Positions 50,600 to 59,589 of a stretch of 64,000 nucleotides of DNA are shown in pieces. The DNA comes from Veleropilina oligotropha. Lineage: Eukaryota. The notes beneath the pieces were generated by a model, which was not told the DNA's origin, made no database searches, and was given only the letters and a program-made list of their open reading frames with translations. The first letter of the stretch is position 1, and each line of letters begins with the position of its first letter. The stretch is taken from the NCBI GenBank assembly GCA_048128005.1, contig JBEUKZ010000071.1:62001-126000 (forward strand). The letters run 5' to 3'. A program made the translations under genes and the position numbers.

Positions 50600-51336
50600 A
50601 AAGACGTCTTTTATAGGACGTCTAAAAGACGTCTTTTATGAGAAGACAACAAAGTCTAACTTTATTTCGAAGTCCGAAAGACGTCTTTATACGACGTCTA
50701 ACAAACGTCTTATTTTGGTGGAATATGCAAAACAAAAAGGCGTCTTTTATAGGACGCCTAAAAGACGTCTTTAATTCGGACGTCTATAAGACGTCTTTAA
50801 TTCGACGTCTATAAGACGTATTTAATTTGACGTCTAAATGACGTCTTTTACACGACGTCTACAAGACGTCTTATTTTGGCCGTATATGCAAAACAAAAAG
50901 ACGTATTTTATACGACGTCTAAACGACGTCATTAATTCGACGTCTAAAAGACGTCTTTTATGTGATGTCTAAAAGACGTCTTTTATACGACGTCTTATTT
51001 TGGGCGTATATGCAAAATCAAAAGACGTCTTTTATACGACGTCTGAAAGACGTCTTTAATTCGACGTCTAAAAGACGTCTTTTATGTGATGTCTAAAAGA
51101 CGTCTTTTATACGACGTCTTAATGACGTCTTATTTTGGGCGTATATGCAAAACCAAAAGACGTCTTTTATACGACGTCTTTTAGACGTCGCATATAGGAC
51201 GTCTTTTAGACGTCGTATATAGGACGTCTTTAAGACGTCGTATAAAAGACGTCTTATGGTTTTGCATATACAACTAAAATAAGACGTAAATGAGACGTCA
51301 ATATAAGACGTCTAAAAGACGTAATAAAGACGTCGT
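50600..51336. repeat. Right subterminal array of AAGACGTCTT / CGACGTCT
   Basis: Same core palindrome as 38794-40480. Confidence 0.9.
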
Positions 51337-51659
51337 GTGCCCACTGGGTATAAGCCTACTTCAGATTATATGTGAATGGTGTTCTTGAAAGTTATTAAAA
51401 GAGGTTAAGAAAATGCGCTAAGAGTACATGTGAATGGTGTTAAGGTATTAAAAGGGATTAAAAAGGGCTTAAGAAAACTCGCTCATTCACTAATCCGTAA
51501 TACGACGAATATGTAATCAGTGTGACAGTGTCTATGTCAATTGTCAGGTGAGTAGTGATCAGAAAATATTTTCTTGGTATATATATGAAGACGCGTGCAG
51601 TCAACAGCACCACAGTTTACATGAAACATTGCAACTGTACTACATTCTGATATATTATC

Positions 51660-51762
51660 ATGGCGTCACACTGTATTTTGTGCAAGAAAATTGTTACCGG
51701 ACGGCAACATGCAATCGAGTGCGAGGGATGCCACCGTTGGCAACATCGGTTGTGCAAAACTG
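51660..51762 (+). pseudogene. PHD-finger first exon of the MULE transposase gene
   Basis: ATG-MASHCILCKKIVTGRQHAIECEGCHRWQHRLCKT|GTAAGT (C-x2-C...C-x2-C-x4-H-x2-C). Confidence 0.65.
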
Positions 51763-52860
51763 GTAAGTTAAAGATTAATATAGAAATTGTTATTTAAGAA
51801 AATAAAATATATTGAAATATTGAAACTTAATAAACCAAAGGACTATCATAGATCAGTATGTATATAGTTACAAACATACTTACGTCCTTACTCTTGCCAT
51901 AATAGTATATTATCGCCCAAACCGGAAATGGTGAATATGTCCCATAATGCACCGTTAACAAGCCAAAAAAGCACACGGTTACCTCCCCTGCTCCTACCCC
52001 CCACGTTCCCTAGCGAGACTTCGCCAAGTCTCGTGAGACTTCTGAACAATAGAAGTCACATGACATCAATTCAAAGTTTTCCGCTGCCGCGGAAAGACGT
52101 TGTTTTTGCTCCGCAAATATTTCGATATAGGCGCCCGATTTCACGTTAAATCAGGGCGCAGTTTCTACTTATATAGTATATAAGTAGTGGAATATAACAG
52201 TGTTGTGGATATAAAACACATGTGAATATAAGAAGAGTGATTCTCAAAACTTCGAGAAAAGTTCTGGACATCAAAGGAAACAGACATCGTCGTCAAGGAC
52301 GCCAGTGGCCATTAAAGATGGCCGCTTAGAGGGAAAGTTTCGAGTGGTAGCTGAAATTTCTGGTCTGTATAATTATCTGATATTGTTTGAGACTGCAAAA
52401 CAGGTAACTCATTATATTGGATAATTCCTTAACAACGCTATTTGCTGGTTATTTATTATATATAAAATTTTCTAGCGTTGTTAAAAGGCAGGATCTTTTG
52501 ATATTAAGCTTGCGTTAATTTTCTGATATCCTGCCGTTGCTGGGATAATACGCCATTGTACTAACTTAAAACATCCACGAGGTTTTCAGGTGTTTTTCTG
52601 GGCGGGTTTTTTCGAGGAAAGAACCCCCCTTTGTTTTAGTCAATTTGCCGGGTTACCGGGTCGGTCGGGTAAAATACCCGACCTCGGTGTTCCCAGTTCG
52701 GGGTTCTAATAACGGTATATCGCTTGATCTCTAATCTTCAGATCAGGACAATTCTGTGAGTTGTCGTAGTACTCCCTCCAAGGAAAGAAGTCTCAACTAC
52801 CAAATATATACCTATTTATCTACCCCGTCTACCCACGTCCACCCTCCCGTGTATTTAGCT

Positions 52861-55110
52861 ATGGTCCGGTGCAGTAGCTCCGGGTGTAACCAGAAAATTC
52901 ACGTATTTGATAGGCACAAGGAATGTTGTACTCACCGTAGCTGTAGTATACATCATCAATGTGATCTGTGCTTTCTTCTATCAGATAAGCAGTGGGCAAC
53001 CCTGTCTCACCACGGTAAGTCGACCAGGGCGACTGCCACGGTGGGTCCTCCCCAGGAGAAGGGTCAGGAAGAGACCGGTAAGTTACCTAACGTTTCTTCT
53101 TTGTCTGCTTCAGGGACGCTGGACGACAGCCGACACAAGGGGACGTCTGTCGCCGGATCCACCGGCGAAACCTCCGCGACTCTTGGGAGAGTCACCGAAA
53201 CCTTGCCGGTACCCAAGATTCAGGTAAAGACCCGAGTGTCGACCGATCCTCCTAAACCGGGCCTAGTAGCTGCAGTCAGCCATACCTTGCCGGCTAGCAA
53301 GGTATACATGACAGCGCAGCGAACAGCTGTACAGGGCAGACCATCCCCATCCTTTTCTTCGGCCTCGAAGAATAAGGGGACAGTTAGTCCTTCTGCGGGA
53401 AACTCACCGTCTTCCTACGGTGACAGACCCAATGCAGAGAAAGCCTTTAAAGAGGCCGGGCACCTACTTGTAGGTCTAAGACTCGGACAATCGGCGAAAC
53501 CTGAATCCTCGGTCGAGAACGATGCGACTTCCCCTAGGGGTTTTCCGCTCAACCTCGAAGCTCACGAGACATTCAGAGGGCCCGGTCTCTCCCGTGCACC
53601 CACCGTGGTCACGCTAGAGAACGTGGACAGACCGGCTGCGTTCGGGACGGGGTTCTACGGCGGTTTTCCGTCCGTGCCTCGCTCGAACAGAGTGGTAGAC
53701 CGATCAGAACTGTTGCCGCAGTCCTATCGGTCGTCCGGCCCACTGACTGCGCCTCCGGGCCAGTCCTTCGGGTTCGACCCCTCGACAAGTGCCCGTGGAC
53801 CCTGGTCCTCGGTTCGACCTGTCAATGCAGCCCGTCTACCTAGCGCCACGGTTACCTCGACAGAACTACCGGCTGTTAGTTCGTCGCCCGTCCTGCCTCC
53901 GGGTTTCTCTTTTGAGAACGTCCAGGCATGGATCGCGGCGGGGATCGAGGAACGGTGTAAGGCCTGGCCGACGGCTCCCGAGCCGCACCTGGTACCTACA
54001 CTTCTGCCCATGGCGCAGAGCACGGCTCCTGCCTCAGTGATAGACATCGACCCTCGTTCCGACGAGGATCTCTGTTCAAATCACACCGACCTCCCTGAAT
54101 CGGTCGGGTCCGAAGACATTAGTCTTACAGGCACGCAGGAGCCGACCTCCTCCACCCGCCGAAGGCTCGACGCTGTTGCGTCACTTCGCGGGGTGCTTGG
54201 CTTGTCGGAACCGACTCGGTCGGCTGTAGACGTAGCCAAGCATAGGACGGCAGCACATCGGTTTGTTGCGAGGGAAGCCCCCGAGCTCCCCTCCTTACCT
54301 CAGTCCGGGCTGGTGGATCTTGTTGTAGACTCGATCACCAAGCTCGTTCAGGGGCGCAATCCGGTGGAGTCCTCCCCGCTGAACGAGTTCCCTTCGGGGT
54401 TCCGTAGTGGGAGGTACCTCCGGGCCAGTACTCGAGCGATCCCGTTCGAATGCACTGGCCCGTGCCTGGCGACTGAGCCGGCTCGTGTTGACGCTTCGTT
54501 GCGTCGACTGACCGCCAGTCACCCTCCCTCCGTAGCGAAAGTTCCTTGGTCCGCCTTGGAAGCTTTCGAGAGCTCCGCCCGACGGGCTCTGCGGCTATCG
54601 TCCGTTCAGGATTTTTTCCTAGACGGGGCGATAGCCGTATTACAGGAGAATGGACCCGGCGCCACCGAGGCTGCCCTGTCCTTCCTCCAGGAGGTTGCTG
54701 CCGCGCAGGAGACCAGCGCGTTGGAGACGGGACGTGTCCTGGGCAATGCCCTCCTACTTCGTAGGGATGCTTGCCTGGAAGGTACCTCGCTGGACGAGCC
54801 CACCTGGCGCTCGTTGCGATGCGTACCTTGCTCGGCCACCACTCTCTTTGGTGACAACTTCACGGAGTTTGTTGACAAGAGAGCGGCGGACATTAAGGAC
54901 CGTGCCATCGAGAAGGCAGTACTGCTCCCCACCCGGGGTCCACCTGCCAACTCGAAGAAGCGCTCCGGGCCCACCCCGGCCCCGAAGCCTTCTAAGCGTG
55001 CGAAGCCCTCTTCGGGTGGTAGGCCTCCGGCCAATAAACCCACTCCAAAGAGGCAAGCACCTCCAGCGAAATCCCGCAAGCAGAGCGGGATAGGGAAGCC
55101 TCGGCCCTAG
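52861..55110 (+). CDS. DIRS ORF1, Gag-like
   Basis: ATG-initiated, 749 aa; N-terminal Cys/His finger (CSSSGC...DRHKECCTHRSC...CDLC), helical core with LLLRRD and TLFG motifs, basic tail. Confidence 0.85.
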   Translation: MVRCSSSGCNQKIHVFDRHKECCTHRSCSIHHQCDLCFLLSDKQWATLSHHGKSTRATATVGPPQEKGQEETGKLPNVSSLSASGTLDDSRHKGTSVAGSTGETSATLGRVTETLPVPKIQVKTRVSTDPPKPGLVAAVSHTLPASKVYMTAQRTAVQGRPSPSFSSASKNKGTVSPSAGNSPSSYGDRPNAEKAFKEAGHLLVGLRLGQSAKPESSVENDATSPRGFPLNLEAHETFRGPGLSRAPTVVTLENVDRPAAFGTGFYGGFPSVPRSNRVVDRSELLPQSYRSSGPLTAPPGQSFGFDPSTSARGPWSSVRPVNAARLPSATVTSTELPAVSSSPVLPPGFSFENVQAWIAAGIEERCKAWPTAPEPHLVPTLLPMAQSTAPASVIDIDPRSDEDLCSNHTDLPESVGSEDISLTGTQEPTSSTRRRLDAVASLRGVLGLSEPTRSAVDVAKHRTAAHRFVAREAPELPSLPQSGLVDLVVDSITKLVQGRNPVESSPLNEFPSGFRSGRYLRASTRAIPFECTGPCLATEPARVDASLRRLTASHPPSVAKVPWSALEAFESSARRALRLSSVQDFFLDGAIAVLQENGPGATEAALSFLQEVAAAQETSALETGRVLGNALLLRRDACLEGTSLDEPTWRSLRCVPCSATTLFGDNFTEFVDKRAADIKDRAIEKAVLLPTRGPPANSKKRSGPTPAPKPSKRAKPSSGGRPPANKPTPKRQAPPAKSRKQSGIGKPRP

Positions 55111-57184
55111 GGCTGCCGGCATTCGCGACGGCCCCAGTTGCCCGCTCCCGCCGGTGGGAGCGTGCCTGTTAGCACACAGCCAGCCCTGGCTAGAGCTGAC
55201 AGACAGCAACTGGGTCCACTTAGTCGTGAGTGCCGGATACAAGTTGGCATTCAACCGGCATCCGACCTTAACCGAGGCACCACCAACAAGACACGCTCGC
55301 CTCCTAAACGGAGAGAAACAAGCGGTCTTAGACCAGGCAGTGCGGGATTTGCTCCTAAAAAGAGCGATATATCCCGCGCCGCCCAGCACACCAGGATTTT
55401 ACAGCCATTTCTTCCTGGTCCCGAAACCCGATGGCCGCTGGAGACCGATCCTCGATCTCTCGTACCTAAACCTATATCTTCGTACCGAGAAATTCCAGCA
55501 AGAAACCCTCTCGAAGATTCGAGCGGCCATCCGTCCGGGCGACTGGGCAGCGTCTATCGATCTCGCCGACGCGTATCTGCATGTCCCGATGCATATCACG
55601 GCTCATCAGTACCTTCGGTTTATACACGGGGAGACGATCTACCAATTCAGGTGCCTACCGTTCGGTCTATCGTCAGCCCCGTACGTCTTCACGAGAACAG
55701 TACAGGCCCTGGGGGCCTTCCTACACTCTCTAGGGCACAGGGTACATATGTACCTCGACGACTGGCTGATCCTCGGGGCGTCCCGAGATCTGTGCCTCCG
55801 GTCTACGAGCTTTACCCTGTCATCGACGAAGCGCCTGGGATTTCAGATCAACGAGACAAAATCCTGCTTCGTGCCCTCGACGACGTTTACGTTCCTCGGA
55901 GTCGACTTCGATACGGTCCGGTACACCGCGAAGCCGACCCAGAAGCGTATGCGGAACCTACGCGCGGTTATCCAAGACACCCTGTCATCGGACATAACTA
56001 CGGCGCGACAACTGGCCACTGTCCTGGGGCACATCGAGTCGGTAGCGCCCCTGCTACCGACGGGTCGCATGGACAAAAGACCGTTACAACAGGCTTTCAG
56101 GGATCGCTGGATACAACGGACGGGGCAGTGGAAGGATCGCATCGATCTACGGCATTGGTTTACCGACACGACAGCAGTGTGGTTGAACCCCGCTTTGCCG
56201 GACCAGTCGGTTCCTATATCCCCACCAGAGCCGAACGCTTACCTGTTCACAGACGCTTCGAACGACGGCTGGGGTGGTCACCTCGACAGTTACGAGACAT
56301 CAGGCCTATGGCCGACAGACCTTCAGGGACGACATATCAACTTCCTAGAGTTAGAAGCCGTCTACCTGTCAGTACGGTCCCTCTCGTCACATCTCCGCAA
56401 CAAGCATATAATGCTCGCCACGGACAACACGACTGTCGTCGCTTACATACAGCACCAGGGCGGTACACGCTCGCGTCCCCTATGCGACCGAGCAATAGAC
56501 CTACACCGCTTAGTGATGTCCCTCAACTCGACGATTCGAGCCCGACACATCCCGGGAAAGCTGAATGTCAGAGCGGATTCGCTCTCTCGGAGATCACAGA
56601 TAATACACACAGAGTGGACGCTACACAGCCGAGTAGCTCGGGAGGTTTGCCGCCGGTGGTCGCAACCCCAAGTCGACTTGTTTGCAACAGAATTCAATTA
56701 CCGACTACCTCTGTATGTCTCCCCGTACCCAGACCCGGCCGCCCTGGCGGTCGACGCAATGTCAATGACATGGGAGAATCTGTCCGCGTATGCCTTCCCC
56801 CCGACGTGCATTCTATCACTGGTATTACAGAAGGCAGCGACCGAACGTTGCGAGATAACGCTAATAGCGCCCCTGTATCGCACGCAACCTTGGTTTCCGA
56901 CCCTCCTCGATCTGATCGTCGATCGACCGTTAGCGTTACCGCAGAAACTAGACCTGTTAATGCAACCACGCACCCGTGTACTCCACGAGTCACCGAACCA
57001 CTTACGTTTACACGCCTGGCGGTTATCGAACGATCCCTTGCTAAGAAAGGATTTTCTAAAGCTACAGCCTTACGTATCTACCGATCGAGAAGGATTTCCA
57101 CTACAAAAGTCTATGACTACCGATGGGTTAAGTACGTGGATTGGTGTCACAGCAGGCAGATCAATATACTCCGTCCCCCTGTGA
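55094..57184 (+). CDS. DIRS reverse transcriptase - RNase H - adenine methyltransferase-like ORF (no upstream AUG)
   Basis: FLVPKPDGRWRPILDL, SIDLADAY, LPFGLSSAP, YLDD; RNase H FTDAS, HINFLEL, TDN, NVRADSLSR; MT DLFAT, YAFPP. Frame opens after the TAG at 55091-55093. Confidence 0.93.
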   Translation, partial: GSLGPRAAGIRDGPSCPLPPVGACLLAHSQPWLELTDSNWVHLVVSAGYKLAFNRHPTLTEAPPTRHARLLNGEKQAVLDQAVRDLLLKRAIYPAPPSTPGFYSHFFLVPKPDGRWRPILDLSYLNLYLRTEKFQQETLSKIRAAIRPGDWAASIDLADAYLHVPMHITAHQYLRFIHGETIYQFRCLPFGLSSAPYVFTRTVQALGAFLHSLGHRVHMYLDDWLILGASRDLCLRSTSFTLSSTKRLGFQINETKSCFVPSTTFTFLGVDFDTVRYTAKPTQKRMRNLRAVIQDTLSSDITTARQLATVLGHIESVAPLLPTGRMDKRPLQQAFRDRWIQRTGQWKDRIDLRHWFTDTTAVWLNPALPDQSVPISPPEPNAYLFTDASNDGWGGHLDSYETSGLWPTDLQGRHINFLELEAVYLSVRSLSSHLRNKHIMLATDNTTVVAYIQHQGGTRSRPLCDRAIDLHRLVMSLNSTIRARHIPGKLNVRADSLSRRSQIIHTEWTLHSRVAREVCRRWSQPQVDLFATEFNYRLPLYVSPYPDPAALAVDAMSMTWENLSAYAFPPTCILSLVLQKAATERCEITLIAPLYRTQPWFPTLLDLIVDRPLALPQKLDLLMQPRTRVLHESPNHLRLHAWRLSNDPLLRKDFLKLQPYVSTDREGFPLQKSMTTDGLSTWIGVTAGRSIYSVPL

Positions 57185-58095
57185 ACAAGTTTATCGAGTT
57201 TTTATCGTCGCTCTTCGACCGCGGTATGTCAGTGTCCGCCGTCAAAGGCTATCGGGCAACGATCGCGACCACGCTAAAGCAGTGTCGTGCCCATGCTGGC
57301 CTATCAAGCGACCGAACGATATCAGATTTTATACGATCTTATGAACTCGAGATACCGACCCGAAGAATTAAGCCACCTGCCTGGAATATCGTACTTATTC
57401 TTAACGCATTACTCTTACCCCCGTATGAGCCGATGTCCGAGATAACCATGAGGAACTTGACGCACAAAACAGTTTTTCTGATCGCCTTAGCGTCGGGCAG
57501 GCGTTGTTCCGAGATTCATGCTTTCTCCTCCGAGCTAAGAGACATACGATTCCAGTCAGACGGGTCGGTGATACTGCGTCCCATTCTGGGCTTCTTAGCC
57601 AAGAACCAGCGGCCGAACGAGGACGCACCCGATGTTGTTATTCCCAAGCTAACGCTAGTCGGAAGGCGCGACGCAGACCGCTTCAATTGCCCGGTCCGGG
57701 CGCTTCGATTCTACCTAGACAGAACCCGTGAGTTGCGACAGGGAAAATTACGTTTATTCATATCGTATTTGCCCACCTACACCCGCGACATTACGAGGAC
57801 TACTGTTTCGCGGTGGATTTCACAAACTGTGAGAGATGTTTACATCCGTTGTGATGACGACGACCGAACTATTTTATCGGTCCGCGCACATGAGGTCCGG
57901 GCCATTGCAGCGTCTGTAGCCTTCCGCCATAATTTAAATATCAATGCGTTACTACAGGCCGGATATTGGAAAAACGCTAACGTGTTTGTCAAACATTATC
58001 TGCGCGACTACTCAACCGGGGCTGATGGCCTAAGCAGTTTACACTGTGTTGCTGCACAACGGGTTATTGTTAGACCGAGGTCTTCTAATCAGTAA
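55111..58095 (+). CDS. DIRS tyrosine recombinase ORF (YR domain about 57020-58095), in frame with gag
   Basis: ALASGRRCSEI (R), FLAKN (K), CPVRAL, HEVR (HxxR), GYW, KHY (Y); start codon undetermined. Confidence 0.92.
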   Translation, partial: GCRHSRRPQLPAPAGGSVPVSTQPALARADRQQLGPLSRECRIQVGIQPASDLNRGTTNKTRSPPKRRETSGLRPGSAGFAPKKSDISRAAQHTRILQPFLPGPETRWPLETDPRSLVPKPISSYREIPARNPLEDSSGHPSGRLGSVYRSRRRVSACPDAYHGSSVPSVYTRGDDLPIQVPTVRSIVSPVRLHENSTGPGGLPTLSRAQGTYVPRRLADPRGVPRSVPPVYELYPVIDEAPGISDQRDKILLRALDDVYVPRSRLRYGPVHREADPEAYAEPTRGYPRHPVIGHNYGATTGHCPGAHRVGSAPATDGSHGQKTVTTGFQGSLDTTDGAVEGSHRSTALVYRHDSSVVEPRFAGPVGSYIPTRAERLPVHRRFERRLGWSPRQLRDIRPMADRPSGTTYQLPRVRSRLPVSTVPLVTSPQQAYNARHGQHDCRRLHTAPGRYTLASPMRPSNRPTPLSDVPQLDDSSPTHPGKAECQSGFALSEITDNTHRVDATQPSSSGGLPPVVATPSRLVCNRIQLPTTSVCLPVPRPGRPGGRRNVNDMGESVRVCLPPDVHSITGITEGSDRTLRDNANSAPVSHATLVSDPPRSDRRSTVSVTAETRPVNATTHPCTPRVTEPLTFTRLAVIERSLAKKGFSKATALRIYRSRRISTTKVYDYRWVKYVDWCHSRQINILRPPVNKFIEFLSSLFDRGMSVSAVKGYRATIATTLKQCRAHAGLSSDRTISDFIRSYELEIPTRRIKPPAWNIVLILNALLLPPYEPMSEITMRNLTHKTVFLIALASGRRCSEIHAFSSELRDIRFQSDGSVILRPILGFLAKNQRPNEDAPDVVIPKLTLVGRRDADRFNCPVRALRFYLDRTRELRQGKLRLFISYLPTYTRDITRTTVSRWISQTVRDVYIRCDDDDRTILSVRAHEVRAIAASVAFRHNLNINALLQAGYWKNANVFVKHYLRDYSTGADGLSSLHCVAAQRVIVRPRSSNQ

Positions 58096-58928
58096 GTATT
58101 GTTCTCTGATTGATCATTTGCATATTTACTGACGCCATTTTATTTTCGTTGGCCAAACGGTGCTATGTAATTAACACCTATGGGGCAGTTCAATGTCTGT
58201 TCATTTCTTAAATCTAATTTAAGATTTTGTACTTCTCATGTCAGACTGAGTGTTGACATAAGCCAGATCACATTGAATTTAATAAAACAACTTTGATAAT
58301 TTTGCACAAATCTTAAAAAGATTAGGGTTCAATATTATTATGTTCTTTGCTGTAATCGAACATACGATGTTCAATACATTTAAAATGTTGATTCCTTAAC
58401 ATTTATTTTTAAGTAACATGTCGAACATTTTTGCTTCCTTAAAATTTATTTTAAGTGACATGTCGTCCATGTTAGCGTTCGCAAGTTGGTCATGCGAACT
58501 ACTTATTAATATCGATTATTATATAATCTATTAATTCTTTGCTTTTGATTTTAAAGCTTTCACAACCTGTTAGGTTCCGTGTGCTTACAAATCCGACTGC
58601 ATCCTCTGGCTACCGGCCTATAGGCCCGGAGTCCCATTTGGCTGCCACTGGTCCATGACACGTAAGACCTACAGGGATTTATCCTTCCGGCCGTGCCAGG
58701 GGCTGATTGCACTTCCGTTCACCTCGTCCGACTAACACCACGGCGTATCCTCCCGGTAACACTGGTCAAAATTCTCGCCTGGTAAGAGTAGAATATAATA
58801 CTCAGTAAAAATTCCACTCTAGGCGGACACACTCGACGCTTCATGCTGATCGAATTGGTGAAAAGTAAGTCATTATCTTGTTTGGGTTTGTTGTAAGGAA
58901 CGTCTTACCCACCTATCCAAGGTTATTC

Positions 58929-59019
58929 TGGCAAGAGTAAGGACGTAAGTATGTTTGTAACTATATATGAGGTTTTAATGTAAACCTAATATTAGTATAA
59001 AACATACTTACGTCCTTAC
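58929..59019 (+). other. DIRS internal complementary region (ICR)
   Basis: First half is the reverse complement of the left terminus and second half the reverse complement of the right terminus, joined as GTAACTATATA|TGAGG. Confidence 0.93.
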
Positions 59020-59389
59020 ACGATTACCCACCCTGCGTTTCGCATTCCTCCCCTCTACTACGTTCCTTTGTGGTTTTTGAACTTTGAATTGATGTCATGT
59101 GACTTCTATTGTTCAGAAGTCTCACGAGACTTGGCGAAGTCTCGCTAGGGAACGTGGGGGGTAGGAGCAGGGGAGGTAACCGTGTGCTTTTTTGGCTTGT
59201 TAACGGTGCATTATGGGACATATTCACCATTTCCGGTTTGGGCGATAATATACTATTATGGCAAGAGTAAGGACGTAAGTATGTTTTATACTAATATTAG
59301 GTTTACATTAAAACCTCATTTATAAAACAATATTTATTTAATTTATTGCAATTTGTTACAGTATTATAACAATGTTCTATTTTATTTCG

Positions 59390-59589
59390 ATCTCCAAGTG
59401 CGCCTTGTGTCGGAGAACCTGTTAACCAGACTTCAGGGTAAGAAGTATGCCAAAATCCATGGCCGCCTGTACGAACTGTGGGACAAATATGAAGATGAAG
59501 AGTTGTCGACATCGCAGCTGCTGAGAAGATGTTCACACATCGTAGGCCTTGGACCAGTCCCGTCTTCAGCAACCGTGCATATGGAATAA
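59390..59589 (+). pseudogene. C-terminal remnant of the MULE transposase
   Basis: LQVRLVSENLLTRLQGKKYAKIHGRLYELWDKYEDEELSTSQLLRRCSH resembles animal MULE transposase C-termini; lies inside the MULE TIRs. Confidence 0.6.

Larger units (their letters stand above)
38785..51348 (+). mobile_element. EnSpm/CACTA-like element (CCCAG-type terminus) with AAGACGTCTT subterminal arrays
   Basis: Right end GACGTCGTGTGCCCACTGGG matches the damaged left end GTGGACACGCGACGTC; arrays at both ends; accessory gene inside; no transposase found. Confidence 0.65.
51861..59318 (+). mobile_element. Full-length DIRS1-type tyrosine-recombinase retrotransposon
   Basis: 207-bp inverted terminal repeats at 51872-52078 and 59080-59286, right extension to 59318, internal complementary region 58929-59019, three intact ORFs, no TSD. 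Confidence 0.96.

Noticed and set aside
53724..57731. Many antisense and short alternative-frame ORFs in the DIRS
   Set aside because: Expected in GC-rich, doubly coding sequence; no motifs.
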